From Nitrospirota bacterium (GTDB lineage Bacteria > Nitrospirota > Thermodesulfovibrionia > Thermodesulfovibrionales > UBA9159): DNA of 64,000 bases. The stretch is from positions 96,001-160,000 of the forward strand of contig CAVOUE010000004.1 in assembly GCA_963699545.1 (NCBI GenBank), given 5' to 3'. The notes beneath the pieces were generated by a model that was not told where the DNA came from, did no database searches, and was given only the letters and a program-made list of their open reading frames with translations. The translations under genes were made by a program, and so were the position numbers. Of this stretch, positions 51,948 to 62,539 are shown one piece after another (position 1 is the stretch's first letter; each line of letters opens with the position of its first letter).

Positions 51948-52859
51948 ATGGGCATCTTGACTTCGAAATTATTTACAAATGCCGACCAAGCCACTGTAAC
52001 AAAGCTTGAGGATTGTGCAACCGGACAACCCAACGAGGCTCAGAGCCACTTCACGATCGGTCAGACCGGCGAGCACATCAAGAAGGTTCAAGAGGCGCTC
52101 AAATCGGTTCAAGAAGAAAATCCAGGCCTTGGTATACCGGAATTCTCAGTGAATGGAGTTTACGATCAGGAATTCGCCAACGCGATACGCGTCTACAAAA
52201 CGAAGAGAGATATCCGAAACTTCGCGAACCAGATTGACGACATTGTCGGCGTAAAAACGATCCGCAGCCTCGACGAGGAAAACAAGAGCGATCCGCCGAA
52301 AGTCAATCCAAGTCCATCACCGACGCCAAGGAAGCCGGGCGAATTTCCAAGGCCGCTCCCAAACTGTGTGCCTGATTCTGATTGTCCATCCTCAAGAGAC
52401 TTTGATGTGACCCTGTTAACCGGTTTGTCTGGAGGGGAGGTCGTGGAAATTGGTAAATTCTTTTTTACAATCCGAGATACAACGAACGGTTTATCTACAA
52501 CTTATCTCCTCATGGTTGGTGGTTTCGGGGCCGGTAGCCCAATCAGCGTGGCCGTTGGGGGCGGCACAAAGCACTTCACAACGAGCCAACCGGTTCGGGT
52601 CACCCGATTCGGACCATTTGGCAGCATCGGCTCCGCCACAAACGTTGCGGGAGTTCCAGTGAATTTTGCACTGCTAGTTTTGGGCTTTCATCCAGATGGC
52701 CTGGTTCCCCGCCCGACTGCACCGATAATGATCGATACGGGACCAATTCCAATACCAGGTGCCAGCATCCTCGCAGGACAATTGAAGATCCTAAGCCTTT
52801 GCAACGGGCAGCCCGGAGCAACGCGTCGGGTCCTGGGCATCAACGACCTTCCATCATGA
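51948..52859 (+). CDS. Peptidoglycan-binding-domain protein with Pro-rich linker
   Basis: GEHIKKVQEAL..NGVYD..AIRVYK..DDIVGVKTI; RBS AAGGAG. Confidence 0.7.
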   Translation: MGILTSKLFTNADQATVTKLEDCATGQPNEAQSHFTIGQTGEHIKKVQEALKSVQEENPGLGIPEFSVNGVYDQEFANAIRVYKTKRDIRNFANQIDDIVGVKTIRSLDEENKSDPPKVNPSPSPTPRKPGEFPRPLPNCVPDSDCPSSRDFDVTLLTGLSGGEVVEIGKFFFTIRDTTNGLSTTYLLMVGGFGAGSPISVAVGGGTKHFTTSQPVRVTRFGPFGSIGSATNVAGVPVNFALLVLGFHPDGLVPRPTAPIMIDTGPIPIPGASILAGQLKILSLCNGQPGATRRVLGINDLPS

Positions 52860-52944
52860 CGGCAGCGTGAGGAGAGGATCGCTGCGCGGGTGCCAGTGCT
52901 CTTCGATTTGCAGGCAGGGAAAAACACTGAAGACAGAAGACCCA

Positions 52945-53121
52945 GCCCAACAAGCGGTTCAAGCCGACACGAACAAGCGGCGGGTTTTCGGCGTGCGAAG
53001 GTCTTTCGCTTCGTTGATCGTCTTTCGTGGTTCGCGCCGCTTGTCCGTGCGGCTTAACCTGGGCGCTCCCCACTCGCTCCGCTCGTGGGGACGTATAAAC
53101 GCTGACTAGACACCGTTCGGT
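52945..53121 (+). mobile_element. Integron attC-like site (composite)
   Basis: GCCCAAC inverse core; inverted repeat with extra C and A; distal GTTCGGT core. Confidence 0.7.
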
Positions 53122-53268
53122 CGGATACTCTTATGAGCGACGAGGTCGATCTAGCGCTCAGGCGTGTCGCGGCGCATTTGAGCGAGACGCTGACGGCGCT
53201 CGACGGTCTCAACGACTTCTATCAATCTAGCGGACATTTTACTGGTAACTGAAAGGAGGAATATAACA

Positions 53269-54789
53269 ATGAGCATTGCCGCGCGTGCCTTCATGGATCC
53301 AAGGAACACGTACATCGTCGACAACAACGATCCTACAGCGTTCGACAAGTCGTTTGCGGGGATCACTGGTACCCATCCAGAGCAGCGGTGCTGCGGGGAC
53401 TGGGCACCCTACTGGAAGACCTTTAGCGGCCTTTACGTTCAGGTCCCAGATAGACCCGAGGCGCCATACTGGAAGCGGATCCCAGAGGGAGGATATGCTG
53501 AGCTTTGGTGTCACGAGTGCAGCACCGCCCTCGAAAGAGGGTGGTCGGAGTTCCTTGGCGGGCTTGAGTTCTCTCTCCAGCAGATAGCTCCAGCCCTCAG
53601 GGCCGTAGCGATGGTCGCCTCGTACATGCCCGGCGCCGGAACGGCCGTCAGCGTTGTCATCAACACGTCCCTGACCCTCGCGGAAGGGGGTTCTGTCGAG
53701 GAGGCTGCTGTAAGCGCCCTTCGAGGTGCCCTGCCAGGCCAGCCCGCCTCGGGTGCAGCCTTCGACGCGGCTCGCTCGATCGTGAGGGGTGACTCTATAG
53801 GCAAGATAGCCATCGACGGGCTCATCGGAGGGATTTCTAACGATCCATCCGTTAGGAAGCACATCGGTACTGCCATCGACATCGCCAAGGACGTGATCGA
53901 TGGGAAGCGTATAGACACCCTAGCTCTGGAGAAGATCAAGGAGAACCTTCCCGACTCGGCCAAGGGCCTGCTGGACGTGGCCCGATCCGTGGCCGAGGGA
54001 AAAGACGTAGAAGACATCGCCATCCGAGCGGCAGATGCGGCATCAGGGATCACGGGCGCGGGATCTCTGGAGGCCGCACAGGCTCTTCGTCGTGCGGCAG
54101 AAGAAGCGCGCAGCAAGGGACAGGCCGCCGTCGACCAGTTCATGGCTCAGGTAGCTTTCCATGGAGTGCTCAGCCAAGTGCCCGGAGCTTTCCGCGAGGC
54201 TGTCATGGCAGGCCTGATCACGGGCCAAACAGAGAAACTACAGTTTATCGGCACATTCGGATCGGTGCCCGAGAAGAACGTGCCGGTCAATGACAGCTAC
54301 TTTCAAACAGGGCAGAGGCTCATCGATTCGGGTGCGAAGTACAAGGGCAATCTCATCTCCGACATTCTCAACGGCGGTGTGTTCACCATCGACATCGACC
54401 AGCTCGATGCCCTGAATGGTGTGTGGGGCAAGCGAACGGTTACCTACAAGGCGAATGGGCCTTGGACTTCCAGTGAAAGGCCGTTGACGGACGCATGGCG
54501 CCGAGGCTTTACCATCGCCTTCGGAGTTTGCGATGGTTCGTCCGAGCGAGATCCCGGTCAAACGGCGGTCTACCAGACGATGGCCGAGGCGGGGGGGCGG
54601 GCCGGATTCGACGCCGGACAAGCGGTGCAATTTGCCCGTACCAAAGCCGCCGCCAACTCCATCATAGACAAGCTTCAGGCCCAAGAAGGGTTCGCGGCGG
54701 AACAAGCGGCCAAAACCGACCGTTCCGTCAGAGACAAGCTTAAGAAGTTCGGGGACCAACGTACCTCAGCCCGGAAAAAACCGCATTAG
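53269..54789 (+). CDS. Hypothetical 506-aa protein
   Basis: RBS AAGGAGG; Gly/Ala-rich hydrophobic helices. Confidence 0.75.
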   Translation: MSIAARAFMDPRNTYIVDNNDPTAFDKSFAGITGTHPEQRCCGDWAPYWKTFSGLYVQVPDRPEAPYWKRIPEGGYAELWCHECSTALERGWSEFLGGLEFSLQQIAPALRAVAMVASYMPGAGTAVSVVINTSLTLAEGGSVEEAAVSALRGALPGQPASGAAFDAARSIVRGDSIGKIAIDGLIGGISNDPSVRKHIGTAIDIAKDVIDGKRIDTLALEKIKENLPDSAKGLLDVARSVAEGKDVEDIAIRAADAASGITGAGSLEAAQALRRAAEEARSKGQAAVDQFMAQVAFHGVLSQVPGAFREAVMAGLITGQTEKLQFIGTFGSVPEKNVPVNDSYFQTGQRLIDSGAKYKGNLISDILNGGVFTIDIDQLDALNGVWGKRTVTYKANGPWTSSERPLTDAWRRGFTIAFGVCDGSSERDPGQTAVYQTMAEAGGRAGFDAGQAVQFARTKAAANSIIDKLQAQEGFAAEQAAKTDRSVRDKLKKFGDQRTSARKKPH

Positions 54790-54798
54790 CCCTGAGAA

Positions 54799-55320
54799 AT
54801 GAATATGAATACGATGAAATGCTGGCTGTGTGATCCAGCTCAATATGCCTGGCTTGAATATGGTGACTTGCGTGTCCCAAGGTTGCTATTCGAGGACGAA
54901 CATACTTTTGTTATCATCCCGCGTGAGTCCCATGTCAAGCATCATCTTCTAGTCGCTCTGAAAGAAAAGAGAGGACAGCACAGGCGGGGTTTGATTGACT
55001 GCTCAGCTGAAGAGTTGGCTTATCTTGGTTCAACAATCTCATATTGGTGTGTCGTTCTCAAAAGAATGAAATATGACACCATGTATGCTGGTTGCTATTC
55101 TGACGAGGGTCACATGCATTTCCATCTTATCCCGCTGAGTCATACAAAGGATAAAGGATCGGCTGGTAGCGCGATGCAATGGCTTGCTGAAAAAGAGAAG
55201 TTATCCGATCTTAATCAATTTACTGAGATGTCTGATGCTCAAAAACGAGAAAGACTAACCACCGTGGAAACGCTCGTATATGAAATAAAGAAGATTGAAA
55301 AGGGCGAATCGGTTGAGTGA
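54799..55320 (+). CDS. Divergent HIT-family protein
   Basis: CWLC, HLLV, HMHFH; AT-richer codons. Confidence 0.7.
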   Translation: MNMNTMKCWLCDPAQYAWLEYGDLRVPRLLFEDEHTFVIIPRESHVKHHLLVALKEKRGQHRRGLIDCSAEELAYLGSTISYWCVVLKRMKYDTMYAGCYSDEGHMHFHLIPLSHTKDKGSAGSAMQWLAEKEKLSDLNQFTEMSDAQKRERLTTVETLVYEIKKIEKGESVE

Positions 55321-55358
55321 GCCGACGATGAGGAAAAGAACGCCACTTACGCAGGCCA

Positions 55359-55562
55359 TTGCGAAGGAAGTTCTGGAGGATTTATATCTCGTCAAGGGCC
55401 AAATCTTTGGAAGATATCGCTCGTCAGTTTAACTGCACCAGACCAATGATCCAATTTATTATGGAAAAGCACGGCATCGAAAGACGCAGACGCTCTCAGG
55501 CGCGTGTTCTGGCAATAAAACATGAAGAACAGAAAAGGGGACAGGCTAGTTTATTTGAATGA
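55359..55562 (+). pseudogene. HTH-like gene fragment
   Basis: KSLEDIARQFNCTR..MEKHGIERR; no clear start. Confidence 0.35.
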
Positions 55563-55629
55563 ATGATGGCAAGCGATGAGAAGACAGAGAATCACGAGGA
55601 ACTGTCACCGCAACTACTGACTATTGAGG

Positions 55630-56961
55630 TTATTCCTCCTTGAGCAATCTCCAGAGGCTCGTTCTCGATATACCGAGGATCTCTGCCGCCTTTGATCTGT
55701 TGCCACCGACCGTCTCAAGGATCTTCTCGGCATAGTCCTTGTTCAGTTCGTCAATAGTCAGCACCTGGCCCGGCTCGCGAGTTTCGATCTGGAACATGGT
55801 GAGGCTCTGGGGCAGACTCTCCGGTGTGATCACAGGGGTCTTCTCCAGTATTATCGCCCTTTCGATGATATTCTCCAGTTCCCTCACGTTGCCGGGGAAG
55901 CTGTAGCGCATGAGGATCTCCATGGCCGGTTTCGCCATGCCCGTTATCTTTTTGCCCGACTTGGGAATGTGTTTCTGGAGCAGGTACGATGCAAGGGGTT
56001 CGATGTCGTCTTTTCTGTCCCTCAGTGCGGGAATGAATATCTCCATGACGTTCAGTCGGTAATAGAGGTCTTCCCTGAACCTGCCCTCTGAGATAAGGTT
56101 CTTTACCGGCTGATTCGTGGCAGCGACGAACCGCACATTCACCCTGATCGGCCTGGTCCCGCCCACTCTGTAGAATTCTCCCTCTTCGATCACCTTCAGG
56201 AGCTTTGCCTGGAGGTTCGGCGCCATCTCGGATATCTCGTCAAGGAAGAGGGTCCCCTGATCAGCGATCTCCACCAGTCCCTGTTTCGTCCTCACCGCGC
56301 CGGTGAAGGCCCCTTTTTCATGCCCGAAGAGCTCGCTGGCGAGGAGGTCTTCCGTCAGGGTCGCGCAATTGATCGAGAGGAAGGGCATGTTCTGCCTTCT
56401 GCTGGTAAAATGTATGATCTTGGCGAGGAGGCTCTTGCCGACCCCTGTTTCGCCGGTGAGCAGCACATTGCAGTCCGAGTCCTTTATCCCTTCAATGACC
56501 TCCAGGATCTTCTTCATGCTCTCGCTCTTGGCGATGACGGAGATCGTCTTGTTCATTCCGAAGTAGGCCTTCAATGCCACGTTTTCTTTCCTCAGGACCT
56601 TTCGCTCGTGGATGTTCTTGACCTTCAGGATGAGTTCGTCAAGGTCAAAGGGTTTGGTGATGTATTCGTAGGCGCCTTTTTTCATCGCCTCCACCGCCGC
56701 ACCGATGCTGCCGAAACCGGTCACGATCATTACCTCGATCTCCGGGTCTTTTTCCTTCGCCCTTTCGAGCAGTTCGATCCCGTTCATCTCGGGCATCCTG
56801 ACATCAGTGATGAGGACGTCGAAATCATCGCGCGTGATCTGCTCAAGGGCCTCACGTCCGTTGCGGGTGCCCGTCACGTCGTATCCTTCTCTCTTGAGAG
56901 TGTTGACGAGGTGCTTGAGGGTTATTTCCTCGTCCTCAGCGATAATTATCTTGAAATTCAT
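55630..56961 (-). CDS. Sigma54-dependent (NtrC/AtoC-type) response regulator
   Basis: Receiver, GETGVGK, GAFTGA, HTH. Confidence 0.95.
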   Translation of the reverse strand: MNFKIIIAEDEEITLKHLVNTLKREGYDVTGTRNGREALEQITRDDFDVLITDVRMPEMNGIELLERAKEKDPEIEVMIVTGFGSIGAAVEAMKKGAYEYITKPFDLDELILKVKNIHERKVLRKENVALKAYFGMNKTISVIAKSESMKKILEVIEGIKDSDCNVLLTGETGVGKSLLAKIIHFTSRRQNMPFLSINCATLTEDLLASELFGHEKGAFTGAVRTKQGLVEIADQGTLFLDEISEMAPNLQAKLLKVIEEGEFYRVGGTRPIRVNVRFVAATNQPVKNLISEGRFREDLYYRLNVMEIFIPALRDRKDDIEPLASYLLQKHIPKSGKKITGMAKPAMEILMRYSFPGNVRELENIIERAIILEKTPVITPESLPQSLTMFQIETREPGQVLTIDELNKDYAEKILETVGGNRSKAAEILGISRTSLWRLLKEE

Positions 56962-58528
56962 TACGGCCTTTCCCCCGACGGCAGCACGATGGTGAATGTT
57001 GTCCCCTTGCCCTCCGTGCTCTCCGCCCTGATGTCGCCCCCGTGCTTTTGTATGACGTTGAAGACAATGGCGAGACCGAGCCCCGTGCCTTTGTCTCTTG
57101 TAGTATAGAACGGCTCAAATATCTTTTCTATGGTGTCCGACGGGATTCCCGCGCCTGAGTCGGACACCCTGATTTCGACCACCTCTCCTTTTCGCTGCAC
57201 CGCAACCTTCAGTTCCCCGGAGCCGGACATGGCAGCGACGGCGTTCGTGAAGAGATTGATGAAGACCCTCTCCAGCTGCTCGCGGTCAGCAGAGACTCGT
57301 ATCCCTTCAGGCTCAGTTCTCCATGGTGAACGTTACCCGATAGGTGTCTGTGGCGGTACTGACAAGCTTGTACGCCCCCATGATCAGCTCGTTCAGTTCC
57401 ACTTCCACGAAGACAGGGTTCCTTCCCCTGGCGAATTCCAGGAGGTCGCCCACAATGCCCTTTACCCTGATGGTCTGGCCGACAATGTCGCCCACTGTCT
57501 CCCTGATCACGGGAGAGGGGGTCTCCCCTTGTTTCCCGGGCAAGTATCTGGGCCGAGATATAGATGTTATTGAGGGGGTTGTTCAACTCGTGGGCAACCC
57601 CTGAGGCCAGGGTCCCGATGGCTGCCAGTTTCTTGGTCTGGAGAAGTTCCTGGTTCTTCTTCTCTATCTCTGCCTCTCTCTCGGAGAGCTGCTCTTCCAT
57701 TCCATTGAATTTCCTCATCAGCATTCCCACCTCGTCACGCCCCGAGGGAACGGGCATTCTGGAGAAGTCCCCCTTTCCGGTCCTTTCCACCAGATCGATC
57801 ACTTCTCTCAGACGTTTTACCACATTGTTGCTTATCACAAAGAGCGTGCCGATCCCGAGTATCAGGAAAAAGGGGAAGAAGATGAGAATGGCGACCTGCG
57901 AGATGCGGATAACCCTTTCGACGTTCTCCCTCGCGACCTTATCGAGTTCCTTGGAAAAGACCAGGATGTCTTCGCCGTACTTTCTGAGGACGATTATGTC
58001 CGAATCCAATGTCCTCAGCGCTGTCAGCGTCTCATGATCGGGAGCGAGGGTGAAGACTTCTTTCAGGAACTCTTCAACCTTAAGGGGCTGTTCCAGAAAC
58101 GTTGATTCAAGGAGAGGAAAGACTCTGGCGTAACTCTTATGCGTTACCCTGAGATTCCGGAAATGTTCCGAGACACCCGCAGCGAGCAGCTCAATATGAT
58201 TAAATCGCCACTCATATTCGTGCAGGCTTTTCTTTAGCTGTGACAATTCGCCGGACTTATCCATGAAAAGATTTTCATTGATGATGCTGTTCAGCTCTGC
58301 GAGGTATCGGTGAAGTGCCTGTGATTCTCCCGGGGCAGGGCCGTAGAGGAAGAAATTCTTTTCATGTCTCCTGAGCTGAAGCGATTTGCTTCTTATGGTG
58401 TCAGTGACCTCCAGATACCTTATTTCGTTCCTGATCTCGATAAAATTGATGTATTCGAACACTGCAAGGGCGCCTATGACGAATGCACTGATGACAAAGC
58501 TGAGAGCTATCTTCTTCTTAAGTGACAT
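56961..58528 (-). CDS. HAMP sensor histidine kinase (frameshifts near 57540 and 57310)
   Basis: LRRHEKNFFLY, DEVG, AHELNNPL, GTGLGL. Confidence 0.87.
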
Positions 58529-58589
58529 AGGATTCAGAGTCTCCGCACGCTATTTTATACCATTTCTCCCTGTAAAGTATAAGCAGGGC

Positions 58590-59192
58590 TTACCGGGACG
58601 CCCTGCGTGCGTACCTGATGTATCTGAAAAGGAAGTAGAGCGCCAGGAAGGTCACGGCAAGGAAAATCGCAACGTGTTCAATTCGGGAGATGTCCTTTTT
58701 AATGATCTGGAGACTGTTCCCTCCCATGTAGCCGGCACCGACCATGAGCGCGATAGTGAAGGATGCGGAGACAGCGTCTGTCAACAGGAATTTCAGTACG
58801 GACATCCTCATCACTCCCGCCGCGAGAAGTATCTGGGCCCGTAACCCGATGAGATGCCTCCCGAAGAGCACGACAAGAACTCCTCTTTTCGTAAACTTCT
58901 TTTCCAGGAACGAAAGCTTTTCAGGGGATATGATCTTCTGGAACCGCTTATGGGTGACGATCATGCGGCCGTATTTCCTTCCCACGAAATAGAGGAGGAG
59001 ATCGGTGAGCAAGACCCCGGCATAGACGACAAGCAGGGCAGGGGCCGGTCTTACCACATCAGTGGATATCAGAAATCCGCACAGAATGAGGGTCGTATCT
59101 TCCGGAAAAGGAAACCCGATGCCTCCGAGAACAAGAAGGACAAGAAGTCCCAGATACGGGAATTGCTCGATGATGGGTGTAAGCTGAAGCAT
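58590..59192 (-). CDS. DedA family membrane protein
   Basis: GFPFPED, YFVGRKYG, FGRHLIGLR. Confidence 0.9.
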   Translation of the reverse strand: MLQLTPIIEQFPYLGLLVLLVLGGIGFPFPEDTTLILCGFLISTDVVRPAPALLVVYAGVLLTDLLLYFVGRKYGRMIVTHKRFQKIISPEKLSFLEKKFTKRGVLVVLFGRHLIGLRAQILLAAGVMRMSVLKFLLTDAVSASFTIALMVGAGYMGGNSLQIIKKDISRIEHVAIFLAVTFLALYFLFRYIRYARRASR

Positions 59193-59247
59193 GGGAGCAG
59201 CACAGTCGCCTGCAACAGGAACCGCGACGCTTGTTGCAGGCATTATT

Positions 59248-59697
59248 TCATTTTCTCACGACGAGCACAGGTATCTTGGCGTCTTTATGCAGCACGCCGT
59301 AGGTCACGCTTCCGAGTACTGCTGCCCTCATGGCCCCCCTTCCGCGGGAACCAAGGACGATGAGGTCGGCCTTTGATTTCATTGCCTCCTTGACGATTTC
59401 ATCCACCGGGTGTCCCGACCTGATAACTTTCCTGAATCTGACGCCGCTCCTTCTACACAATTTTTCAGCCCTTTCCAGGTACGCCTCTGCAGCCTGTCTC
59501 AAGTAATCTTCTACCGGCTCTATGAGCCTGGTCGGTGCAGAAACGGCGGGGATTGACTGGGTCAATAAAGGACTTCTGTCGATCACGCTGAGCACGGTGA
59601 TCGCGGCGCCTGCCTCGTTCGCAAGCCCGACTGCATATTTGACCGCTTTCCATGCGGTTTCAGAACCGTCTGTTGCTGCGAGTATTTTAGAAATCAT
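59248..59697 (-). CDS. Universal stress protein
   Basis: ATDGS, GSRGRG..LGSVT, PVLVV. Confidence 0.93.
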   Translation of the reverse strand: MISKILAATDGSETAWKAVKYAVGLANEAGAAITVLSVIDRSPLLTQSIPAVSAPTRLIEPVEDYLRQAAEAYLERAEKLCRRSGVRFRKVIRSGHPVDEIVKEAMKSKADLIVLGSRGRGAMRAAVLGSVTYGVLHKDAKIPVLVVRK

Positions 59698-59777
59698 ACA
59701 TCCTCCTTTTGCTGCGGCAATACTCTTCCTCCTTTAGTCACTGTATCACAAACAGAGACTCCGTCAAACTGTACCTT

Positions 59778-60290
59778 TCAGAGGGAATTCCTCTCCAGAC
59801 GTTTTCCCATGGTCCGTATGCCGCCCATGGAGCCCAGTTCCTCAAATCCGAGCTTTTTCCAAAATGAGATGGACGGATGATTATCAGCTTTGATCGAGAC
59901 GACAAGTTTCTTTATGAATGAAGAACGCCAAAGGTTTGTGGTAAACGCGGTGTAAGCCTTACCCCCGTATCCATGACGCCTGTCTCGGCTGTCGGATACG
60001 ATGAGGGTGATCTCAGCAGATTCCTCGCCTAGATTATAGAGTCCGATGAAGCCTATGCACTTTGATTCAACTTCTATGCAGAACAGGATCGTATACGTTC
60101 TTTTCAGCCACCACCAGACCGAAAGACACCCTCCTGACAGCAGCTTTCCCGGTCCGGCAGTCCTCAAGACATCTTCACTGCATAACCACTCCCGGATGAG
60201 AGGAGCGTCAATGATCTTCAGAGGCCTCAGTCTGACGCCGTCATGCTCAATGCGTCTCGGGATCCTGAAAGAGAGAAGTGGCGGTCTCAC
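59778..60290 (-). CDS. GNAT (RimJ/RimL-like) acetyltransferase
   Basis: RRHGYG, NHPSISFWKKLGF. Confidence 0.8.
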   Translation of the reverse strand: MRPPLLSFRIPRRIEHDGVRLRPLKIIDAPLIREWLCSEDVLRTAGPGKLLSGGCLSVWWWLKRTYTILFCIEVESKCIGFIGLYNLGEESAEITLIVSDSRDRRHGYGGKAYTAFTTNLWRSSFIKKLVVSIKADNHPSISFWKKLGFEELGSMGGIRTMGKRLERNSL

Positions 60291-60296
60291 CCCGAA

Positions 60297-61151
60297 CTAC
60301 GACCTTACCACCAACACCGGACAGGGTGCATGACCGATGACCTTTTCAGCGACACTTCCCATGAGGAGTCTCTTCAGCCCGGTCCTGCCGTGAGAGCTCA
60401 TGACAATGATATTCACACCCTCTTTTTTCGCAAGGTCAGTAATGATCTGGTACGCGTCGCCTTCTCCCACAAAGCTCTCCGCCTTTATTCCCTCCGTTTC
60501 TGCCTGGAGCCTGATATCCCTAACATACCCCTTTGCCTTGCTGATCATCTCGTCCACGGCATTGGGGGCCTCCGCGTAAAACTCGGAAGGGACATCAACT
60601 ACTGACACCACCCTCAGTTCACCTCCATAAGACCTCGCAAAGTCAATGGCCCTCTCTGCCGCAATCCTGCTGTACCGGGAACCGTCAGTGGCGATGAGGA
60701 TCTTTTCCCATCCGACACGTGAACCATTGGGAACGACGAGGACATCTCTCTGACTGTGGCCGATGACCCTTGCCGTGACGCTGCCCATCAGAGATTTTTC
60801 GAGATGACGCGTCCCTTTTCTTCCCATGATGACCAGGTCGCAGTTCTCAGCATCCGCGAGGTCAACAATCCTCTCGTAGGGCTCGCCTTCTTCTTCGATG
60901 GATTTTATCAAAGCCCTCTCGGTATTCGCGATTTCCTTCGCGACCCCAAGGGCCTTTTCAAAGGGTTGTCTCAGGGCTGTCCGTATATCCGGCACGCCCA
61001 CAAGTTCCAGGTCCCCCTCGAAGGAGGGTATCACCGAGACGACAGTGATCCAGCTTTTCTCGTTGGAAGCAAGCTTAAAGGACTCCCGGAGAGCGTGGAG
61101 GCTGGATTCTGAGCCGTCCACGCCAACGAGTAGCTTCCGGTATCTTCCCAT
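60297..61151 (-). CDS. Tandem universal stress protein
   Basis: Two USP domains. Confidence 0.94.
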   Translation of the reverse strand: MGRYRKLLVGVDGSESSLHALRESFKLASNEKSWITVVSVIPSFEGDLELVGVPDIRTALRQPFEKALGVAKEIANTERALIKSIEEEGEPYERIVDLADAENCDLVIMGRKGTRHLEKSLMGSVTARVIGHSQRDVLVVPNGSRVGWEKILIATDGSRYSRIAAERAIDFARSYGGELRVVSVVDVPSEFYAEAPNAVDEMISKAKGYVRDIRLQAETEGIKAESFVGEGDAYQIITDLAKKEGVNIIVMSSHGRTGLKRLLMGSVAEKVIGHAPCPVLVVRS

Positions 61152-61154
61152 GCC

Positions 61155-62243
61155 TTATATCTTACCATGCTCCAGAACTTCCTGTGCCGCCTGACGCTCC
61201 GCCCTGCGTCCCTGCCACATGGCCTTCAGGATTATAAAGGCTCCGGAAAGGAGGGCAAATGCCATTATAGCAAAGCTTGTGCTCTTCAATATTTTCACCG
61301 CAGACTCACTTAGTGTCCCTATGATCCCCAGTTGTGACATATAAACCGGTACCATCAATCCGCGGCTGAAAAGAACAATAACCATTATTACGCCCATGAC
61401 CATTTTAATCATGACGGGCTTTACGTAAGTGGTTCCCATGGCGCCCAACTGGATGCCGAAGAGAGAGCCTGCCAGGATGATCATGGCGAGTCTGATGTCG
61501 ACCAAACCATGCATAGCATATTTGAATGATCCCCCGAGGCCCATAACAAACGCTATCACCAGTTCCGATGCAGAGGCCATCAAACTTGGCGCGCCAAGGA
61601 CATAAATCATGGCGGGGACGCCGATGAAACCTCCCACCGCAATGGTCGCTGCCAGCATGCCTGTTGCGAAACCGAGAGGTATAGTAAAGAGCACGGAAAT
61701 CTTCGCATTCAAGCACTTGAAATAAACCATAGTGCCGGGAATATTTATGGACTGCACCCAGTGCGCCAGTTTGGTAACCGTTTCTTCCTCATGCGAGGTT
61801 CCTGACCTGTTGGTCTTCCATGCATCCCGAAGCACAAAGCCGCCCACAACCGCCAGTATCACGACGAAAGCCGCGCTCACGTAAAGGTTTGAGCCTGCTT
61901 CTCCAAATGCCTTCTTGATGCTCTCCTGGATATGGGCGCCATAGAGAACGCCTGCCTCAGCAGAAATGCCGAGGACTATGCCCATCTTGACGTCAACCTG
62001 TCCGTATTTTGCGCGCTTGAGAGCACCGATAAGCGCTTTCGGGAACTTATGGCACATATTACTTGCCACGGCTACAAGTCCGGGCACGCCCATGCTCATC
62101 ATCGCAGGCGTGAGAACAAAAGCGCCACCTGAGCCGATAAATCCACTCACAAGACCCCCGACGAATCCTACGAAGAAAAGGTAGATGATATGTGCGGTAT
62201 CGAGATTGATGAAATTGGATGCCTGATTTACTATGTCGTGCAC
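61155..62243 (-). CDS. TauE/SafE family transporter
   Basis: GFIGSGGAFVLTP, AVGGFIGVP. Confidence 0.88.
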   Translation of the reverse strand: MHDIVNQASNFINLDTAHIIYLFFVGFVGGLVSGFIGSGGAFVLTPAMMSMGVPGLVAVASNMCHKFPKALIGALKRAKYGQVDVKMGIVLGISAEAGVLYGAHIQESIKKAFGEAGSNLYVSAAFVVILAVVGGFVLRDAWKTNRSGTSHEEETVTKLAHWVQSINIPGTMVYFKCLNAKISVLFTIPLGFATGMLAATIAVGGFIGVPAMIYVLGAPSLMASASELVIAFVMGLGGSFKYAMHGLVDIRLAMIILAGSLFGIQLGAMGTTYVKPVMIKMVMGVIMVIVLFSRGLMVPVYMSQLGIIGTLSESAVKILKSTSFAIMAFALLSGAFIILKAMWQGRRAERQAAQEVLEHGKI

Positions 62244-62244
62244 G

Positions 62245-62490
62245 TTATTTTACCTCCTTTCTCTTTTTTGAGGCCTCGATACCCAAAACTGTCCAGAAAT
62301 TGCCTGTAAATGAGCCATGAAAGAAAGAGAAGATGAACGCCGTCAGGACCGGCAATATGGCATATAATCCGCCCCTGCCGACATATTCATTCACAAGATC
62401 TTGCTTCACTAACAGGATTGTGTACAGCGCTAATGAAATAACCCCCATAAGTATCAACTTGCCTATGGGCTTTTTCTTTGTTCTTCCCAT
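62245..62490 (-). CDS. Small two-TM protein associated with TauE
   Basis: FSFFHGSFTGNFW; RBS AGGAGG. Confidence 0.8.
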   Translation of the reverse strand: MGRTKKKPIGKLILMGVISLALYTILLVKQDLVNEYVGRGGLYAILPVLTAFIFSFFHGSFTGNFWTVLGIEASKKRKEVK

Positions 62491-62539
62491 GTCTGCCTCC
62501 TTTTAGTTATGGCACTGAAAGTGCCCGATTTATTTTTTC

